Source of the DNA: Raillietiella orientalis | Lineage: Eukaryota | Direction: 5' to 3' | NCBI GenBank assembly: GCA_036172245.1 | Contig: JAYWIR010000042.1 | Span: forward strand, 682,001-746,000 | Length of the DNA: 64,000 bases | Part shown: positions 28,211-42,467 of the stretch, piece after piece | How positions within the stretch are numbered: the first letter of the stretch is position 1 | Layout of the letters: each line of letters starts with the position of its first letter | Translations under genes and position numbers: made by a program | Notes under the pieces: model-generated | Told to the model about the DNA's origin: nothing | Seen by the model: the letters and a program-made list of their open reading frames with translations, nothing else | The model's database searches: none

Positions 28211-31200
28211 TTTCCAGTGATATGACGGAACTTCACTCTGCAAGCAACACGTTCAAGAACAGGAGAGCCACATGACAAAATGGGCAGCATCCGTTATGAG
28301 AAGTGCACATCGCGATTAAACTAAAGGCACCTGCTGCGCTTCGAAACAGCGTGTGAGGAAGAGCTGTTTCCTCGTGATGAGAGCTCTTTGTCACGGAGAA
28401 CTTCTGGAGTTCTACAGAACACAGATCAGAAAAAAACCGTTTCTGTCTCAGGAAGAGAACTAACATTAGCTAAAACGTTACATTAGCTAGAATGACTTCA
28501 AGCCCTTGAAAGCGGTTTCTTTCGGGAAGAAAGATTTCGAAGCACTAATGGAAGGTCTGAAGAGACTCTGGATCCAATGGCAAACTGCAGCATGGAGTGA
28601 CGGTTTCAATTCCGTGACAACGTTTTAATAGAGCCACCTCACACCGATTCTAAAATTGTTTGAACAAAATGTCAAAGAATGGCTCCAGGATTTGGCACAG
28701 AAATGAAAAGATGAGAGAACTGAAATTTGCAACAAGTAAAATTGATCTCTTGCCCTTCTTCCTAAGCCCAGACATTTTAGATGATGCTCTTTTTGTTCAC
28801 GTTTACCAGGAAAGAGTTGTGAGAACGCGTCAACAGTTCCTCAGATGTTCTACCTGCTCATCCTCCTGAGAAAAGAAAACAGAAAAGTATTCCAAAGATC
28901 TCTAGAACTCTTTTAATCTCAAAGTCAGATGAATGAGGCGAGTGGGGCAATGGGACTGATACACTCTTTGGGAGACACCAGTCGTCTTTAAGAACTCGGA
29001 TCACGTCAAGTCTTTCATGGAACCACTCGGCACTCGCGGATATAAGGAAGGATTCCCTTGTGTCTGAGAATAACGATTCTCAGTTTTATCTCGAAAGTGG
29101 AGAATCATTATCATCCTGAAACACTCCAGAAATCCATCCAAACATCCATGAAGTTTCAAGTCCCAGGAAGAGAGCACGGTGGTTCTCACAACCAGGCTTC
29201 ATCGCTAGGATGCATTTGAGAACCCAACTTCCTCTCAACAGACAGCAACTCGGCAAATTCCTTAACCTCATTCCTTAACCATCCTTAACCTCATAACCTC
29301 AGCGCAAAAGAACCGTCATTGGACCAGACCACATCCTTTGCAAGATCTCTAAAGGAAGCAAATGCTCGGAGTGCAGGTCTCAGCATGAGTTGGTTGCAGA
29401 AGAACTGTATTTCATCTGCTCCTATCATCTTCTCATTCATTCATCCTCACTGTGAAATGAAAGAAAGCTTCCTAGAAGCATCATGTGCAAGACAATTACT
29501 GAGATTTGCTCATTAGCTGACTTGAACAGCCTCCCACGAATAAAGTTGAAATTTACTGCTTAGAGACGAAAATGTTCTGTTGCTAAATAGACCAAGAGAG
29601 AACAAAGACGTGCAGAAATATCCTGGATTCTGGTCCAAAATAAGCGATTTGAGCGTGGGAATCTAGTGGAATAGAGTCGGATTCGGGACATCTGCCTTCG
29701 CTCCTTTCAGGTGAAGATTGCAGCATTTCGCTCTGCTCATGAAAGTGCAGAGCTCGGTGCAATGTATCCTTATCTTCCGTGTCACTTGATTCCGGATGAG
29801 CATCATCAGATTGCCACCTCGGATGTGATCGACCTTGACTTTCTTGGAGGCGAAAACGACCTCGATGGTCGGCGAGTGTGAAACCTCGAGGACAAGAAAA
29901 GGGAGATGGATTGCCATGGTGAGGCTAGAGCTCACGATGGAGATGCGTGGAGAAGTAGGCGCGGTGGAAAACCGTCAGGACGAGCAACACACCGTGAATT
30001 TTGTTCTCGGGTACAAACACACCATTCTAATGACTGACTGGATTCCATGGATTCTGGACTTTGGGAAAGGCAGCACCGGAAAAGCACGAGACTCCTTCGA
30101 TGCTATTTCCGCTTTCACAATTTCTTCTGCTCCGAGTTCCGGAGTCTTCCGTCTATCCTGAGCCTTAGGGAAGACTTGATCGAGTACTATGCTCAGATGG
30201 CAAACCTGCAACTTCCAGACTCTTTTTTGTTCACCTGCATTCTGCCAGCAGCGAGCGGAAAACATGAGGTTGGTACTGCGAGAGATGTAAGTCAAAGCAA
30301 CTCCACGGCGTTCCATTTCCTGTAACGACATTAGGATTGTGCAGACATTTTTTTTCTGACTTTCTTTTTTTGCTTTTTCTTTGCACAAAAATCAGTTTCT
30401 GTTCTTTGATGAGCTGGGATGGTGCTATCCGCATCAACGAAATCTGAATGAACACGTCTTTGCGCTTGAGAGCATCTTTCAAAGGAAACACCGTTGCTTT
30501 CCTTTCTCCCCTTCCCCTTCCTTCCTCTTAGATAAAGAAGGAAGTATTGAAGATAAAAGAAGGAGTTGGGATATAAGGAAGCACGGTCTGCGGATGGAGA
30601 CTCCAAAGGTGCGGTGTACTTGCGGCTTCTTTTCCTGTCTGCCACTCTTCAGCAAAGGCACGCAATGGCAGAAGCCATACACACCAAATCAAGCTGTCTC
30701 CTTCCGAAACCAAGAGAAAGTTGTCTGTTTTCCTTAGACCCAAACCTTCTTGGAAGCCTCTGTTTATAGTCGAGTCTACGCCCATCGTAATTCAAATTGC
30801 CTGGTAAGGATGATTTCGACATAGGGAGCTCTTGCTATGGATCCATTTCGTTGATGCATGTGCTCAGCAAATCTCTCTTGGTTCATTTCCAAAGCACTGC
30901 ATGTGCACACACTTCCTCCGAAGGACGACCACCGTCAATGAATCCCGTGACCACTTCTGAGGTTAACTTATATTTTCCATCTTTCAGAATGTTGACTGAG
31001 GTGACATGATTGTGGGCACCTCGTAAACCATCAAGTGTCCTCTGCTAACGCATTTATTAAATAAAGAGCCAAAAGGGTCGAAAGGACTAAGTTCTGTCTT
31101 TTTTGATCCTTTTTATCCTTGGTGACACCGAATGATATAAGAATACGTGACTGTTGTTCTTCACGAATGAATCACAAGCATAGAGCATATTCTCTTTTCT

Positions 31201-34200
31201 CAGAAACTTTGGAGCAGTTTTTAAATACCTACCATCGAAGATTGTTCATAAAGGTCGGCTGAGAAGGAACTATGGCAACTGAAAGGATTTATGGAACCTA
31301 GAAGAAAGACAAGGGTGTCTTGAGAACCATACGACGATCTTGCAGTTGTATTTCGAAGAATTTGAGAAGAGAGAAACGGGAAGAGCGCTAATTTTCAGAT
31401 AGTGCATCGTCTGGAGGAATGCTGGAGAATAGGGGAAGCTGATGGAGACCAGAAAGGGGAAAAACGGGAAATACGATTCCACTGTGGCCAGGTAACGCAA
31501 GATCTTTGGCACTCTCGTGCCACTTTTCTGGCTTCAAAGTGAGCAGCTACCCTGCCAGCAGTCCTCCAACTCAGCTTGAGGCACTCGAGTCTGATGTTAC
31601 AGAGTGTAAAGGCGATGTTTTCCTTGGCTTCGTAGGTTTCTTTTTTCTTTCTCGTTTGACTGAAAGCCATCCAAAGTAAACAGATCGTCAGCTCAGCTCC
31701 TGCGGAGAGCCAGAAGAGACTTGTTTTGATTGAAGAATCTCTTAGGACCACGCGAGAAGGGCGATTTCTACCCACGCCTTCGTCCGAGACTAAAGAGGCA
31801 AGCAAAGACAAACGAAGACGAGTTCACAGAGGATAATCAGCATTCTGTATCCTGACTAAAGGTCATCTCTCGAGAATGGTTGCCAGGAATCCAAATTGGA
31901 GGGTTTCCCCTATATTTCTTCACCTGTGGTACTTAGATCTAGATCTGGGAATGCCACCAGAAGAGGGTGGAACTTTTCTTGCACGTTCTTGCATGGTCGT
32001 TTCATCCTCACTGTGCAGTGGTTACAACACCTAGCACCTAATGGAAGGCACCAAGGAGCAGGAATCTAAACAGAGGCTTAGCCGGGCTCTTTCACAAGAC
32101 GAAGGCTGCTCAGGAAAGGTTCTGGAATGCACTGTGGCGGTTCAAAATGCATTCGGCTTCCAGAGACCTGTCTTAGTTTTCTGGAACCCGGATTCTGGGT
32201 TCCAGTCTCCGGCAATTGACTTACACAGTGCATTGTGGAAAGAGCTCCTTACTCCAGGTCACGAGGCTGTTTCCACCGACTTTGAGTCTGCTCTTCAAAA
32301 ACTCAGAGTTAAAATTCGCTTACGGGGATTCTACAGGAGGACAGAAAGAAATCGCTTGTTCCGTTTTTGCATCTTCCGCCGGCCAAAGGATGAGGCATTC
32401 CGACAATGCCCCCCACAGATCATAGAGATGATGTTTTCCTGACGGAGTAACCAGGTGTCACGGAAGCAGGCTTTTGGGAGTTGTTTAGCAAGCTGTTTCT
32501 CTGCTGCTGTTTCAAAGGGTTCCTTGGTATCTTCCTTATCCGAAGCTGATAGTCCGACGGAGGTTGTAAAGGCGAGGTCGCAAAGCACTGCGAGGAGTGC
32601 TTTTAGATCAGCTCGTTCATCCCCTTCCACCCTTTTGAATATTCATGGTGAAAAAGAGAACAAAACATGGTACTTATGAGCAATTGAGAAATTTTTGGCG
32701 CATGCTCTGTGACGCGCAATCGATATTAACTCCGTGTTCCGGACGGTTTCCGCAAAAACTCACTTGTAACAGATTGCAGCTCGTGAATCGCTGCAATTCA
32801 CAGTATGGCTACATTGTGATGAAACTGTCTCTCGGAATCATGTGTACCTTCGTCCGTGCAGCATGAAGAACGGGCCCCCTTTCACTTTCGCGGCATCCAC
32901 AGTGTGTTGCGTGCTACTACTGCCAAGTCGTAAGTACAGTAAAGGAAATCATTGAAACCATTCAGGGAAATGCTAAAATGCTGTCTTTTTTTTTTTTTTT
33001 TTTTTCTCTTATGAAAGAATCAGTCGGATATTTCTTGGAGAAAAGGGCTTGGATCACAAGTACGCGGACCGAGCGTGTCTTATGATAGCTACTTTTCTAC
33101 CTTCTACCATCACGTGTTCTAGTTTTACTAAATAGCTCGATAGACTTCCATCATCATCTAAGTTATTCATTCTCTTTCGAATTTCACGTCCATCGTCGAT
33201 TGTGAAAATAAATGCATCATTCCCAGTAGCCGAAACGGCGAGCGAAATGCCCATGATTTTCTACTGCTGCATTCCACAATTGCATCCTTATTAACCTACC
33301 GTGATCACGAACCTAATGGCTGCTTACTGTGCCGAATGATTTTGCATTTGAAAGAGATGGAAGCCTTTCAACTGCAAACTCAACAAAAGTGAAGTCTGAT
33401 TCCCGGCTGCCTACGTGACGTGCAATGACCTGCTTTCTTCCCTCGCAGAAAACTTTGGTAGTCAATGCAGAGCTTCTGCTAAAGCGTGATCTCAAAGTAA
33501 TGGAGACTATCTCAATGTCTCCGGTATTTTCCATTCCACCTGCTTGCACCGAGCATCACGAAGAGCCATTACAACATTCAGTCTACCTCTGAACAGACGC
33601 TCGCAAATAGTTGCCTCATTGCATCTTAAACAAGTCCAAAAGATGCGAGTACTGGAAAAGCACACCTCCGACACGTGGAAGAGTGCGAAATCGTTAGCGT
33701 CATCCTCCGAGTTTCCCATGAAATAAAGAATGAAGAAAACGCAGATGAAAAGGCAAAGAACAACACGATCTTATAAAACACTTCAGTCTGCTCACACGCC
33801 CTTCACTTTGGTTTAGAACTTACGGAGCTCGTCGTAGGCAACCTCGAACACTCACCCTCATTTAGCTATGACTCATATGCCCTATTGGACTGGAAGCATC
33901 AAACAGCGCGGGAGCTCAGCTGCAGAGAAATTATGGAAGTTTGTCGCATCTTGAAGATGGCTGCCACATGATAATCGTCTGCTGATTCTCTCTCTTGTTT
34001 TTTTTTTCTTCTTCAGATGATTGCGGCCTTCCATTTGGCTATTCGAATGTTGCACGATGGGGTTGACTACTGATGGGGAGCCATAGACAATTCAGAAGAA
34101 ACGTTCCAGCACGAGGTAGTCGGGCAGGCGGAGCAGAAAGGACTCCTGGAATGTCTCTTTGCAAACTTTTGCATAATCGCCTCTTTTCGATGAAGGAAAG

Positions 34201-37200
34201 ACGACGATCCACGTGGTTCCGAAATACGTTGCACCGACTTCCGAAAGATCCCTCAACGCTGCTTGATGACGTGGGCTACAGAAGTCGTGAAAAAAACTGT
34301 GGACGAAGGGTCGCTTGCTAAATCCGTGCAAAAGTTTTCCGACATTGAATGCAATCCAGCAGGGACGAAAACGAATCCCTTCGCACTGCCATTTTATTCG
34401 TTTTATACTTTGCATGCACACAGCGTGACGCTCTTATGACGAAGTTGTGAATGCCTGAGTAATCTATCCGCAGTTCGCGTCGTGCATGCAGACCGTTTAA
34501 GTGAGGTCATTTTGAAGCGTCTGTGCGTTCAGAAGATGTATCTGCTACCACAGGCACATGCTGCAATGCATTGCTTCATAATCTGAAGGTATATTTTCCT
34601 CTGCGTACATTCGAATCTCATTTGAGAGCATCGGTTAGCTGAAACGAAATTTTTTTCTTCTCTTCCCTTCGTGTGCAAATGGGATCTCCTTTATCAGCTC
34701 ATAAAATGTGATTTTCCAGCGGTATTATGGCACCTTTTTATGCATACATGTAGTTAACAGGACCGAACAGAGCCAGTATGTGTACACTTCCTGCGAATAT
34801 AAGAGGCAGAAAAGGGTTCACGGAAAGTGGAGCCATTGGCTCGCTTCCTACGGAAATTTGTAGTAGCAGTGGGGTATATATCAAAAATGTTCTGAAAAAA
34901 CGCATATTCCATATAGACACACAACGCGTGGATATTTATGACAGTAGCATTAATATACACAAGGAATAAGTTTTATATAGATTAAAGTGCGCAGTAGAAA
35001 ACTGCACTTTTTGTAATTGGAAGGCAATCAAGAGAAGGCGGAAATGACGGAAAAAACGCTGTTTGTGAAAGTACAGAGAAGTGTTTTATTTGTGTTGTGT
35101 GCTTGGATTCATAGAAGCAATGCCAGTCTGGACAGAGACCATAACGAAGATTTGACCAGCCCTCGAGCCCAAAGTAGAAGACAAAGTATATTCGCTGAAG
35201 CCCGAGTGTCTTAGAGTTCAGGTCGGCAATCGCCATCAGGTTTCACAAGCGTCAGCAGCACGCTGAACCGGAAACCAGATGCCGATAGCCGCGAGCATCC
35301 TCATCAATGTCTTTGAGAGTCATTATATTCATCGTGCTGTAACAACGGATTTGCCTGTTTTCCTCCGTGCACAGACCAAAGATCGAGACAAACGAGCCCA
35401 GGTATTCCCGGGAAGCTTTTTACTTTAATCTTCCGGAATGGCTATTGTTTCGGATTCTTTTGTAATCTTCTCGGAATCCCGTCTCTTAGACAGATAGTTC
35501 CGATTCCTAGGGGTCTCCATAGAGACTGCCTTCCAAACTCGGAAATATGGATGGGAGCTTTGAGAAGTTCTGATAGCGAAATCAGGATGATCACCGAGAG
35601 CATTTCAGCTGAAGTGCTGATATCATGTCAACATCATTGAAATTCTTGTCAGATAGAGTCGCGAAGTTCGCGCCTTCTATTGGAACCGAACTGATTGGCC
35701 CGTGCAAGATATCGCTTCCCGAAAGTTCCTGTGCTATTCTTGCTGCAGCAGGAGAGTTTAAGCACGAATGCCACGTGTTCGAATGAGAAACCAAGCCCTT
35801 ACTTGACCCTCAAACAATTCCATCGTGTCCCTTCAGCAAACTGGGAGCTCGTAAGCAGAGAACTGCACGTTATCGGCGATGGGATCTTTGCTCATTTGTA
35901 ACAGGATTAGCAAATTCTAGGAATCATTCACTTCCCAGAAGGAATGCATATCCGGGATATTGGCAGTGTACAATGCAATGAACAACTCGAAAGGAAAACA
36001 TCAGCAATCATCAGACTTAAGATGAATAATTCTGGAGATTTATCTTGAGCAATCGGGTGAATTAGCATTTTTTGCTCATCTCTGAAGAAAACATTCTCCG
36101 GTGGACGGCTGGAAGAAAAATCTTGCGCTCTTTAAGAGCGACCGCCGCCTCACATATGTTCCGCTTCACGTATGTTGCTGTGCAGGAGAATGGAAGAAAA
36201 AATTTCTTTCAGGACTGAGAACCCAAGTAAGCTGACTCAAAAAGCGAGTGAGTCATTCAAGTGACAGCAGTGAAGTGAAGGATGAAAGCTTGGGATCTCT
36301 CCCAACGGATGCTTCCGCAGATAGCTACAAGAACCAAGTATTTTAGAACAGAGATGAACAGTTTGGGTTTTGATTGCCCTTTGTAGGCCTTCATCCGAAA
36401 CTTTGCCCACCGTGACTACTCAGATGGCTGTTTTCCAGTTTTCCTGGTCACCGAGCTAAAAGCTATCGGCTCTCCTAATCAGGAAGAATTGATTTGCATT
36501 CCTCTGCTGCAGACAGGTGAGACAGACGAAAAGCATCAGTAAATAAATGTCCTGGATGGCAGCAAAGGAAAGCAATGAGAGTTCTCATGAGAGACAGGTA
36601 ATGGAAAGGAGCTCTGACATCCCTACTGACTCAACATTCCTTACGCCGGAGTGTCCATTCATACTCGAAACAGGGATTTGGGATCTTTTCCTGATTTCCC
36701 CACCTTACTATCTGTTATGATCTCTTATTATTCGACAGACTTCTAGGTCAGTGCGCAGGGTTGAAAAAATTCGCAAAGCTGAGTTTTTTAAGAAAGAAAT
36801 CTCTCTTGCCACGGATGCTTCCAGATTCCCGTTCGCCGAAAATGGTTCCTTCCTCCACTATGCTCTCCCGAGAAGTTGGGTTTTTCTGATTTCCACGCCT
36901 CGACGCTTGCAAATGAGTTCATCAATGACATATTTGTAGAAGCCCGGAACTGAGCTTCACTTCAGAAACGCATATCGTCGATGTCCTCGATAGATGTGCA
37001 CAGCATAATCAATATTATGCAAATTCAGTATATCAAGATATCTCATTCAAAAGCTTTGGAAAAAATGCTTCGGGAGAGAAATGAGGTGTGCCAAGTTTGG
37101 AATTATCTGGCGCTGAACCTGCTCGGAATTTGAATTTTGGCACAGGAGATTATGCCAGGAGGATTCTGACTGTCTTTTCTGGGAGGATGATTCGCATCAC

Positions 37201-37989
37201 TCCAGGAATGGAAACGTTTGATGCGTCGCCTGGCACAGCATCCATTCTTTCTGATAAGACGTTTGGTCTGATGTTTCCGAGTTCATAATTCAGAAAACAA
37301 CTGCTGATAATCCAGAAAGCAGATTGGAAAGAATAATGAAATTTGTCATGCAGTTCCCTAATGTGGACATATAAATTATTTAGAAATTCGCGCTATCAAC
37401 TCGATGAAGCGATGTGTTTTTGTAAACAACTCTGCATAATAAAAGTCATGATACGCGCGAAATTGTGATGATACTGCGAGATGTAGTGGGTATTTGAAAC
37501 CATCGTCATGCTTTCTCGAAACCACTCTTCGAGCTAGACGTTCGAGAAGATAAACTCCCAAAGTCTCCTCCAAGACACGGGAAGGTGCGTGACCACTCTG
37601 GGCAGCTGGGTGCTTGGAGAATTCAAGTCGACAAACGAAAAGTCAATCTTGCGGTGACCTGGATTCACACATCCTTCCGGTTTCCTTGAATGCCCTCTCG
37701 AAAGCAATACTATCCGCTGATGTCTGTTTAATGTACACTAGATTATACTATACCCCAACGCACTGAAATGTAGGGCAAAATTCATTTTTACTACTGCCAT
37801 CTGACCACGGGCAGTGTGACGTCCGCAGACAGTAGCAAGAAAAGACATGACCCACGCCTGACAGAACAAAAAGCAAATAGAAGAATGGGGAAGCCACGAG
37901 AGATATCATTTCGAAATTTTCGCCTTTAGAACTCATCTGTTTTCTCCCCCTCTTCTAATTACGCAGATCCCACGCAGCACTTGAAAGGA

Positions 37990-38314
37990 AGAAACTGCTT
38001 GATGCTCCTAAACGAGTGGTTAACTGCAGCCCTCGGCACACACACGGAAGAGAGCTGAAGTTTCTTCGCAATCGATGTGATTTCTCCTCCTGGATTTCGA
38101 TTCTGCAATCTTTCGCTTTCCTGAAGTGCTCCTGAGTGTTCTCTCCTGAGTGACTCACCGAACTGTTCCGAAAAACTTTTGCGGGGCAAAGCGGCCGGGA
38201 ATGTCCTGCTCTCGTTCTCGGGCGGTCATTTCCTCCGATGTCAACCGTGGTCAACAAAACCATATCGCTCTGTGCTTCAGAAACTCTGTGCTCATAGCTC
38301 TTCAAAAATGCCAC
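37990..38314 (-). mobile_element. Decayed hAT transposase, catalytic N-terminal part
   Basis: Three motifs in correct order: VLLTTVDI (SLTTDxW-like), SHSGENTQE (SHTGENI-like) and LPCVCRGLQL (PCxAHxLQL-like). Confidence 0.45.
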
Positions 38315-38833
38315 TTGTTTTCCAATCTCGCTTGTGATGCTTCTTGCACCCTTCCGCAGTGTCCTTCAGGAACCTTCTTTATGCTCAGAACCATAGCGCG
38401 AGTAGAGCTCGCGATGCTGCAGTAGAATGTGTCCATTATCTGATTCCTAAGATTTCAGCTGGTTGCGATGATAAATGACAATACGGAAGTAGTCCTTTGT
38501 GTTTTGGAAATTTTGGATTTCGAAGGTTTCGACTTCGCGGAGCCTCGAGAAATCATTTTTCAAACGCAAACGCGCTTCGGGAATCCGTCCTTTCTGTATG
38601 AAAAGAACCTCTGAGCTCAAACTTTCTAAATGGATCGGTTCCATTTCTTCCTCCCCCCCCCCCACAACTCGGGGGGGGGGGGGGAGCACTGTGCGCAAAA
38701 TGCTTCTTCATTTACGTCCTTGTGCATCAATGTCGAGAATTCTCCTCTCTTTCTTCAATAGTTGCGCTCGATAGAAAATAGAGCGTTTTTCATCCAATCA
38801 CATGCACTCCAGGACCCAGGACCCACGTGCCCT

Positions 38834-39600
38834 GCATTGGCGGCCGCATGGCTGCGGCCTCCGCGCGTGGGATCCAATCGTTGCGGGTTCGAATCCCCAC
38901 GTGGAGGATCGGCGCCGAGAAATGAGCGCGGCGTGGATTTTGAGTTCCCTCTCGCAAGATGACGCTGGTTGACCTGGAGACTTCAGGGGCGGCACTGCTG
39001 GAAGGCCAATGCTCCCGCTGACTGGCCGAGATTGAAAGTTGACCCTCCGGAGTCCTTCCAGGAATCAAGGAGACGGTTCCCTTTTGAGTCCTCCTCCAGT
39101 TGTGAAAATGGAACCACACCAGGCAGCCGACAGGATACTCCTTCCGGAAGGTTGCCTCGACAGTGTGTAGGAAGCGCGCTGTTCCCTTAGGGGAGAGCCC
39201 TTCAGAGGAATGGGAATCGTCCCTCCGAGGTTCCCTTCAAAAGAGGATACAAGGAGCGGTTCCCTTGCAGGTTCCCTCTGGGGGAGAAATTTAGGAGTGG
39301 ATCGTTTCCTAGTTCTCTTCGGAGAAGAAACGAGAAGTAACCTCCTTCGAGATTTCTTTCGGAGACAACCAGGGCGGAGGATCCCTTCGACGTTCATTAC
39401 CCTACCAAGAGTACATAGGGATGGGGTTCTCCCACGGAGGCTTCCTGGATTCATAGGGTGGTCCCTCTGGGGTTGCTTTCTATAACTTGAAGAGTTACAC
39501 GTACCCTCGGGTGGAGTGGACAGTGTTAAAGAGCTCCATGAGCCTTTTACACCCGAGGAGGCGAATGGTGTTCTGTACTTTTGAGCGAGTCCAAAAAAAA
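38834..39600 (+). mobile_element. tRNA-derived SINE-like element, copy A (~770 bp)
   Basis: tRNA-like head with A-box-like CGGCCGCATGG (38841-38851) and perfect B-box GGTTCGAATCC (38886-38896). Ends in A8 (39593-39600). Collinear homology with 62099-63018 on the opposite strand. Confidence 0.75.
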
Positions 39601-41360
39601 GAGAATCCACTGAGTGTACAATTCCATCTGTGCATAGGTGAAGAAGACAGGACGATTCTGCGATGCGAATTCTCTTACATCTGTGATGATTTCCTGCTGC
39701 ATCAGACAGCGAATCTTCCCAGAAGTCTTTAGAACTGAATTTCGTTCCAGAATCTCTTTGCGCATCTGGTTCCGCAGTCTCCAGAATCGTTCCCGACGGT
39801 CAGTTGCGCAAACTCGTGGGATCTGAAAACTGTTGTCTTCTCAAAATTATGGGAGGGTCGTGACCTCTCAAGCCGACACTCAGACGAGAGTTCCGCGAAA
39901 CGGGAAAATTATTCCATTACCTCATTTCCGAGAAGGGACGGCTGATCCGCACACAAATCTCTGGAACATGCTCCTTCGGGGAGAGGTACTAGTGATATGA
40001 AAATGTGGTCCAGAGAATGTAATCCTTAAGGTGCCTTCTGATTGCTTCGATAATCCAAGCTGCTCTTCGATTGTGGACATTGGGAGTGGTCTCTGGAAAT
40101 GTGGAAATAGTGCATTCTTAGGAAAAATCTCCTGGATTCTTGTCAGTGGAAGGGGATCTGTGAACCTCAGAGAGCAGTGCGACGTTCAGAAACATGGAGA
40201 TCCGGGAATCGAGGCTTCGGGTCAAGAGAAAACTTTTCCTCTTATCTTAGCTTTCCCTGAAAAATGAAGGACTCCAGGGTCTTCAGGCGACCTCTCTAAT
40301 GGAGTAGCGCACCATGGAAGTGAGCAGTTCAGAGAGTGGCAGGCCCCAATAGACCTGTCAAGTCGTGAAAAGGGAAATAGAAAAACTCTTCCAGAGACTA
40401 GCATTAGGGAACTTTGATCTACATCCAGAAAGATAGCAAGGGAGAGAGCAACTTTCCTTCTGATTCGCCTCGAGTTTCCTACTTTATCAGTGAGATGATT
40501 GCAAACAGCCAGAAGGAAAGTAACGGTAGAGCAGCAAAAGAGGAGATGCCTTTGTTATAGTGGACATGGATAGCGGATGGTGGGAGCTCCGTGGAAAGCA
40601 ATTTCTAATCTCATCTATCGATGCATTGAAATGACGATTAGGACCGCACTTCCAGGAGAGGACGCGTGGCGGGAAAAAAAAAAAAAATAGATAGTTCACA
40701 GAATCTCTCTAGGAATCTGTGTAGGATCCCCTTATGTCTGCGGCTTGGCAACTCGCCTCGAAGCAAATCGACTTCAGAGACAAGTGATCAGAATTTGAGG
40801 GGCATCTTCTGGACCACTGCATCATATCGAAACCCGCACCGCAAACTTCTTTTGAGCTGATATCGAAAACTCGGATGCCATCCACAGCTATCGGCCTTCG
40901 CATTCCCTATTTGTCTTCGGTGACGAGCCTCAGAGGAGCAGAGACAGCAAGCGGACCTGACACTTCTTGTGATCTCGTTTCCATCGATTCGAGTCCAGAG
41001 CTATGGCTCATCCAGCTCTACGCTCCTGCAAAGGGATGTAAGGGAGAAGCTCCAATAGAAGCTGGAAAGTCGAAAACAATCCAAATTGGCACCGGATGTG
41101 CTTAGCAGATCGTCCTGGAGTAGCTGCCAAAGTGGCCTACAGCCCCTCAGCTATCTAAAAGATCGGAACTTTCCCGTGAGAGATCTTCATGAAAAGACGA
41201 CCGGGGTGATTTCGTGACAATTCCAGGAAGTTGCAGCGTCTTTCAGGCTGGCTGCGATAGCGGACGAGAGCTGAATGAGAGAGACCTTGCCTTGCTACGA
41301 GATGTTGGTGAGGCACATGGAACGGCAACGTACGAGAGCTGCATTGCAAGTTCCGGAGGG

Positions 41361-41495
41361 TCATCTCGAAAATGCTGCTATTGCGCATAGAGATCACACG
41401 TGTCGGGGTAGTTTGGTCTCCAGTTTGGTGCCCCCTTTTCTGATACTTTCCGGGATAGATTGACCAGAGCTTCATTGTTTTGCAAGAATCGACAA
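41361..41495 (+). repeat. Diverged direct repeat, copy 1 (partner 42336-42467)
   Basis: Exact 24-mer TCATCTCGAAAATGCTGCTATTGC in both copies, with collinear similarity through AAGAATCGACAA. Confidence 0.85.
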
Positions 41496-42335
41496 TCGGC
41501 ATTGCATTCCTCCTGGTCCCAGACTCTCACATCAAACCTACCCATTTATATTCCCAGTCCGGAAATGGATTCGTTAAAGAACCGTTCTAAGAGAAAACGA
41601 CATCGTGAAAACTGAGAGCTCTTTTGCCAACTGTAGTTGAGAGCGTATGGTAAGGTACGAGACGCGGTCTTCTTGCCCATGATTGCCAGCATGCAAACAA
41701 ACGTGCAGACACTCGTAACCGCGGAAACACACGCGAATTCAGATGCCCCTTTCGCGACGGTTGATGCTGGGACTCGAACAGTAGCCATGCCTCTGATTGT
41801 TTGGATTCTCTGGATGCTGGAAACATTTTAACGAGCCGGGCGAGCAGCACAACTGAAAGTTTCCTGAGATCTCTTCCCTCGCTTTTCCTTAAAAATGCTA
41901 TGAAGTTTCAGAGGTTTCGACTTGGGTTTGCGCTAAAGGCGAAGACTCGCTCTTTCTCGAGGAAAGTTTCCATGTAACCAGGGTTGCCAGAACATCCCAG
42001 CTTGTTGGGCGGAACTCGAGAGGATCCACTGGAAGATGAAACGGGTTGTTCCTCCAATCTCAGAATCATCATAAGCATCAGAAAAGTTGCATGGGAGGGA
42101 ACCAGGGTGCGGAATGTAATTGGTGGAAAGAATATTTAGTGGATGAGATCGGCATAGAGGTTGCTGGAATTTTTCTGCGTCACTTGAGTCACAAAGCAGT
42201 CACGAAAGGTGGAGATCACCGGCTGGCAAGGCAGCAACCGAGAACAGTCGGAACTCATCATTAAATACATTTCCAAGGAGTGACGATTCGGCAGACTCAT
42301 GTGCTTAAAAGAATCTTGATGCATGAGCTTGCAAA

Positions 42336-42467
42336 TCATCTCGAAAATGCTGCTATTGCTCGTAGAGATCACATATGTCAGGGCAGTTTGGTCTCCAGCG
42401 AGCTCCCATTTTTTATACTTTCCAGGACAAAATGACAAGAATTTTATTATCTTGAAAGAATCGACAA
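42336..42467 (+). repeat. Diverged direct repeat, copy 2 (partner 41361-41495)
   Basis: As for copy 1. Offset about 975 bp. Confidence 0.85.

Noticed and set aside
29260..29301. CCTTAACCTCAT-type short tandem repeats as interstitial telomere
   Set aside because: The unit is not TTAGG or TTAGGG. It is an ordinary slippage duplication.
29663..29935. PFLVLEVSHS, resembling a PD-(D/E)XK/Uma2 nuclease motif
   Set aside because: Single weak motif with no other support.
33054..33254. RKVAIIRHARS, resembling a histidine-phosphatase RH motif
   Set aside because: An isolated short match followed by a stop, with no supporting exons.
38834..38906. Functional tRNA gene
   Set aside because: No acceptor-stem pairing, and it continues into a repeat body with an A tail, so it is a SINE head.
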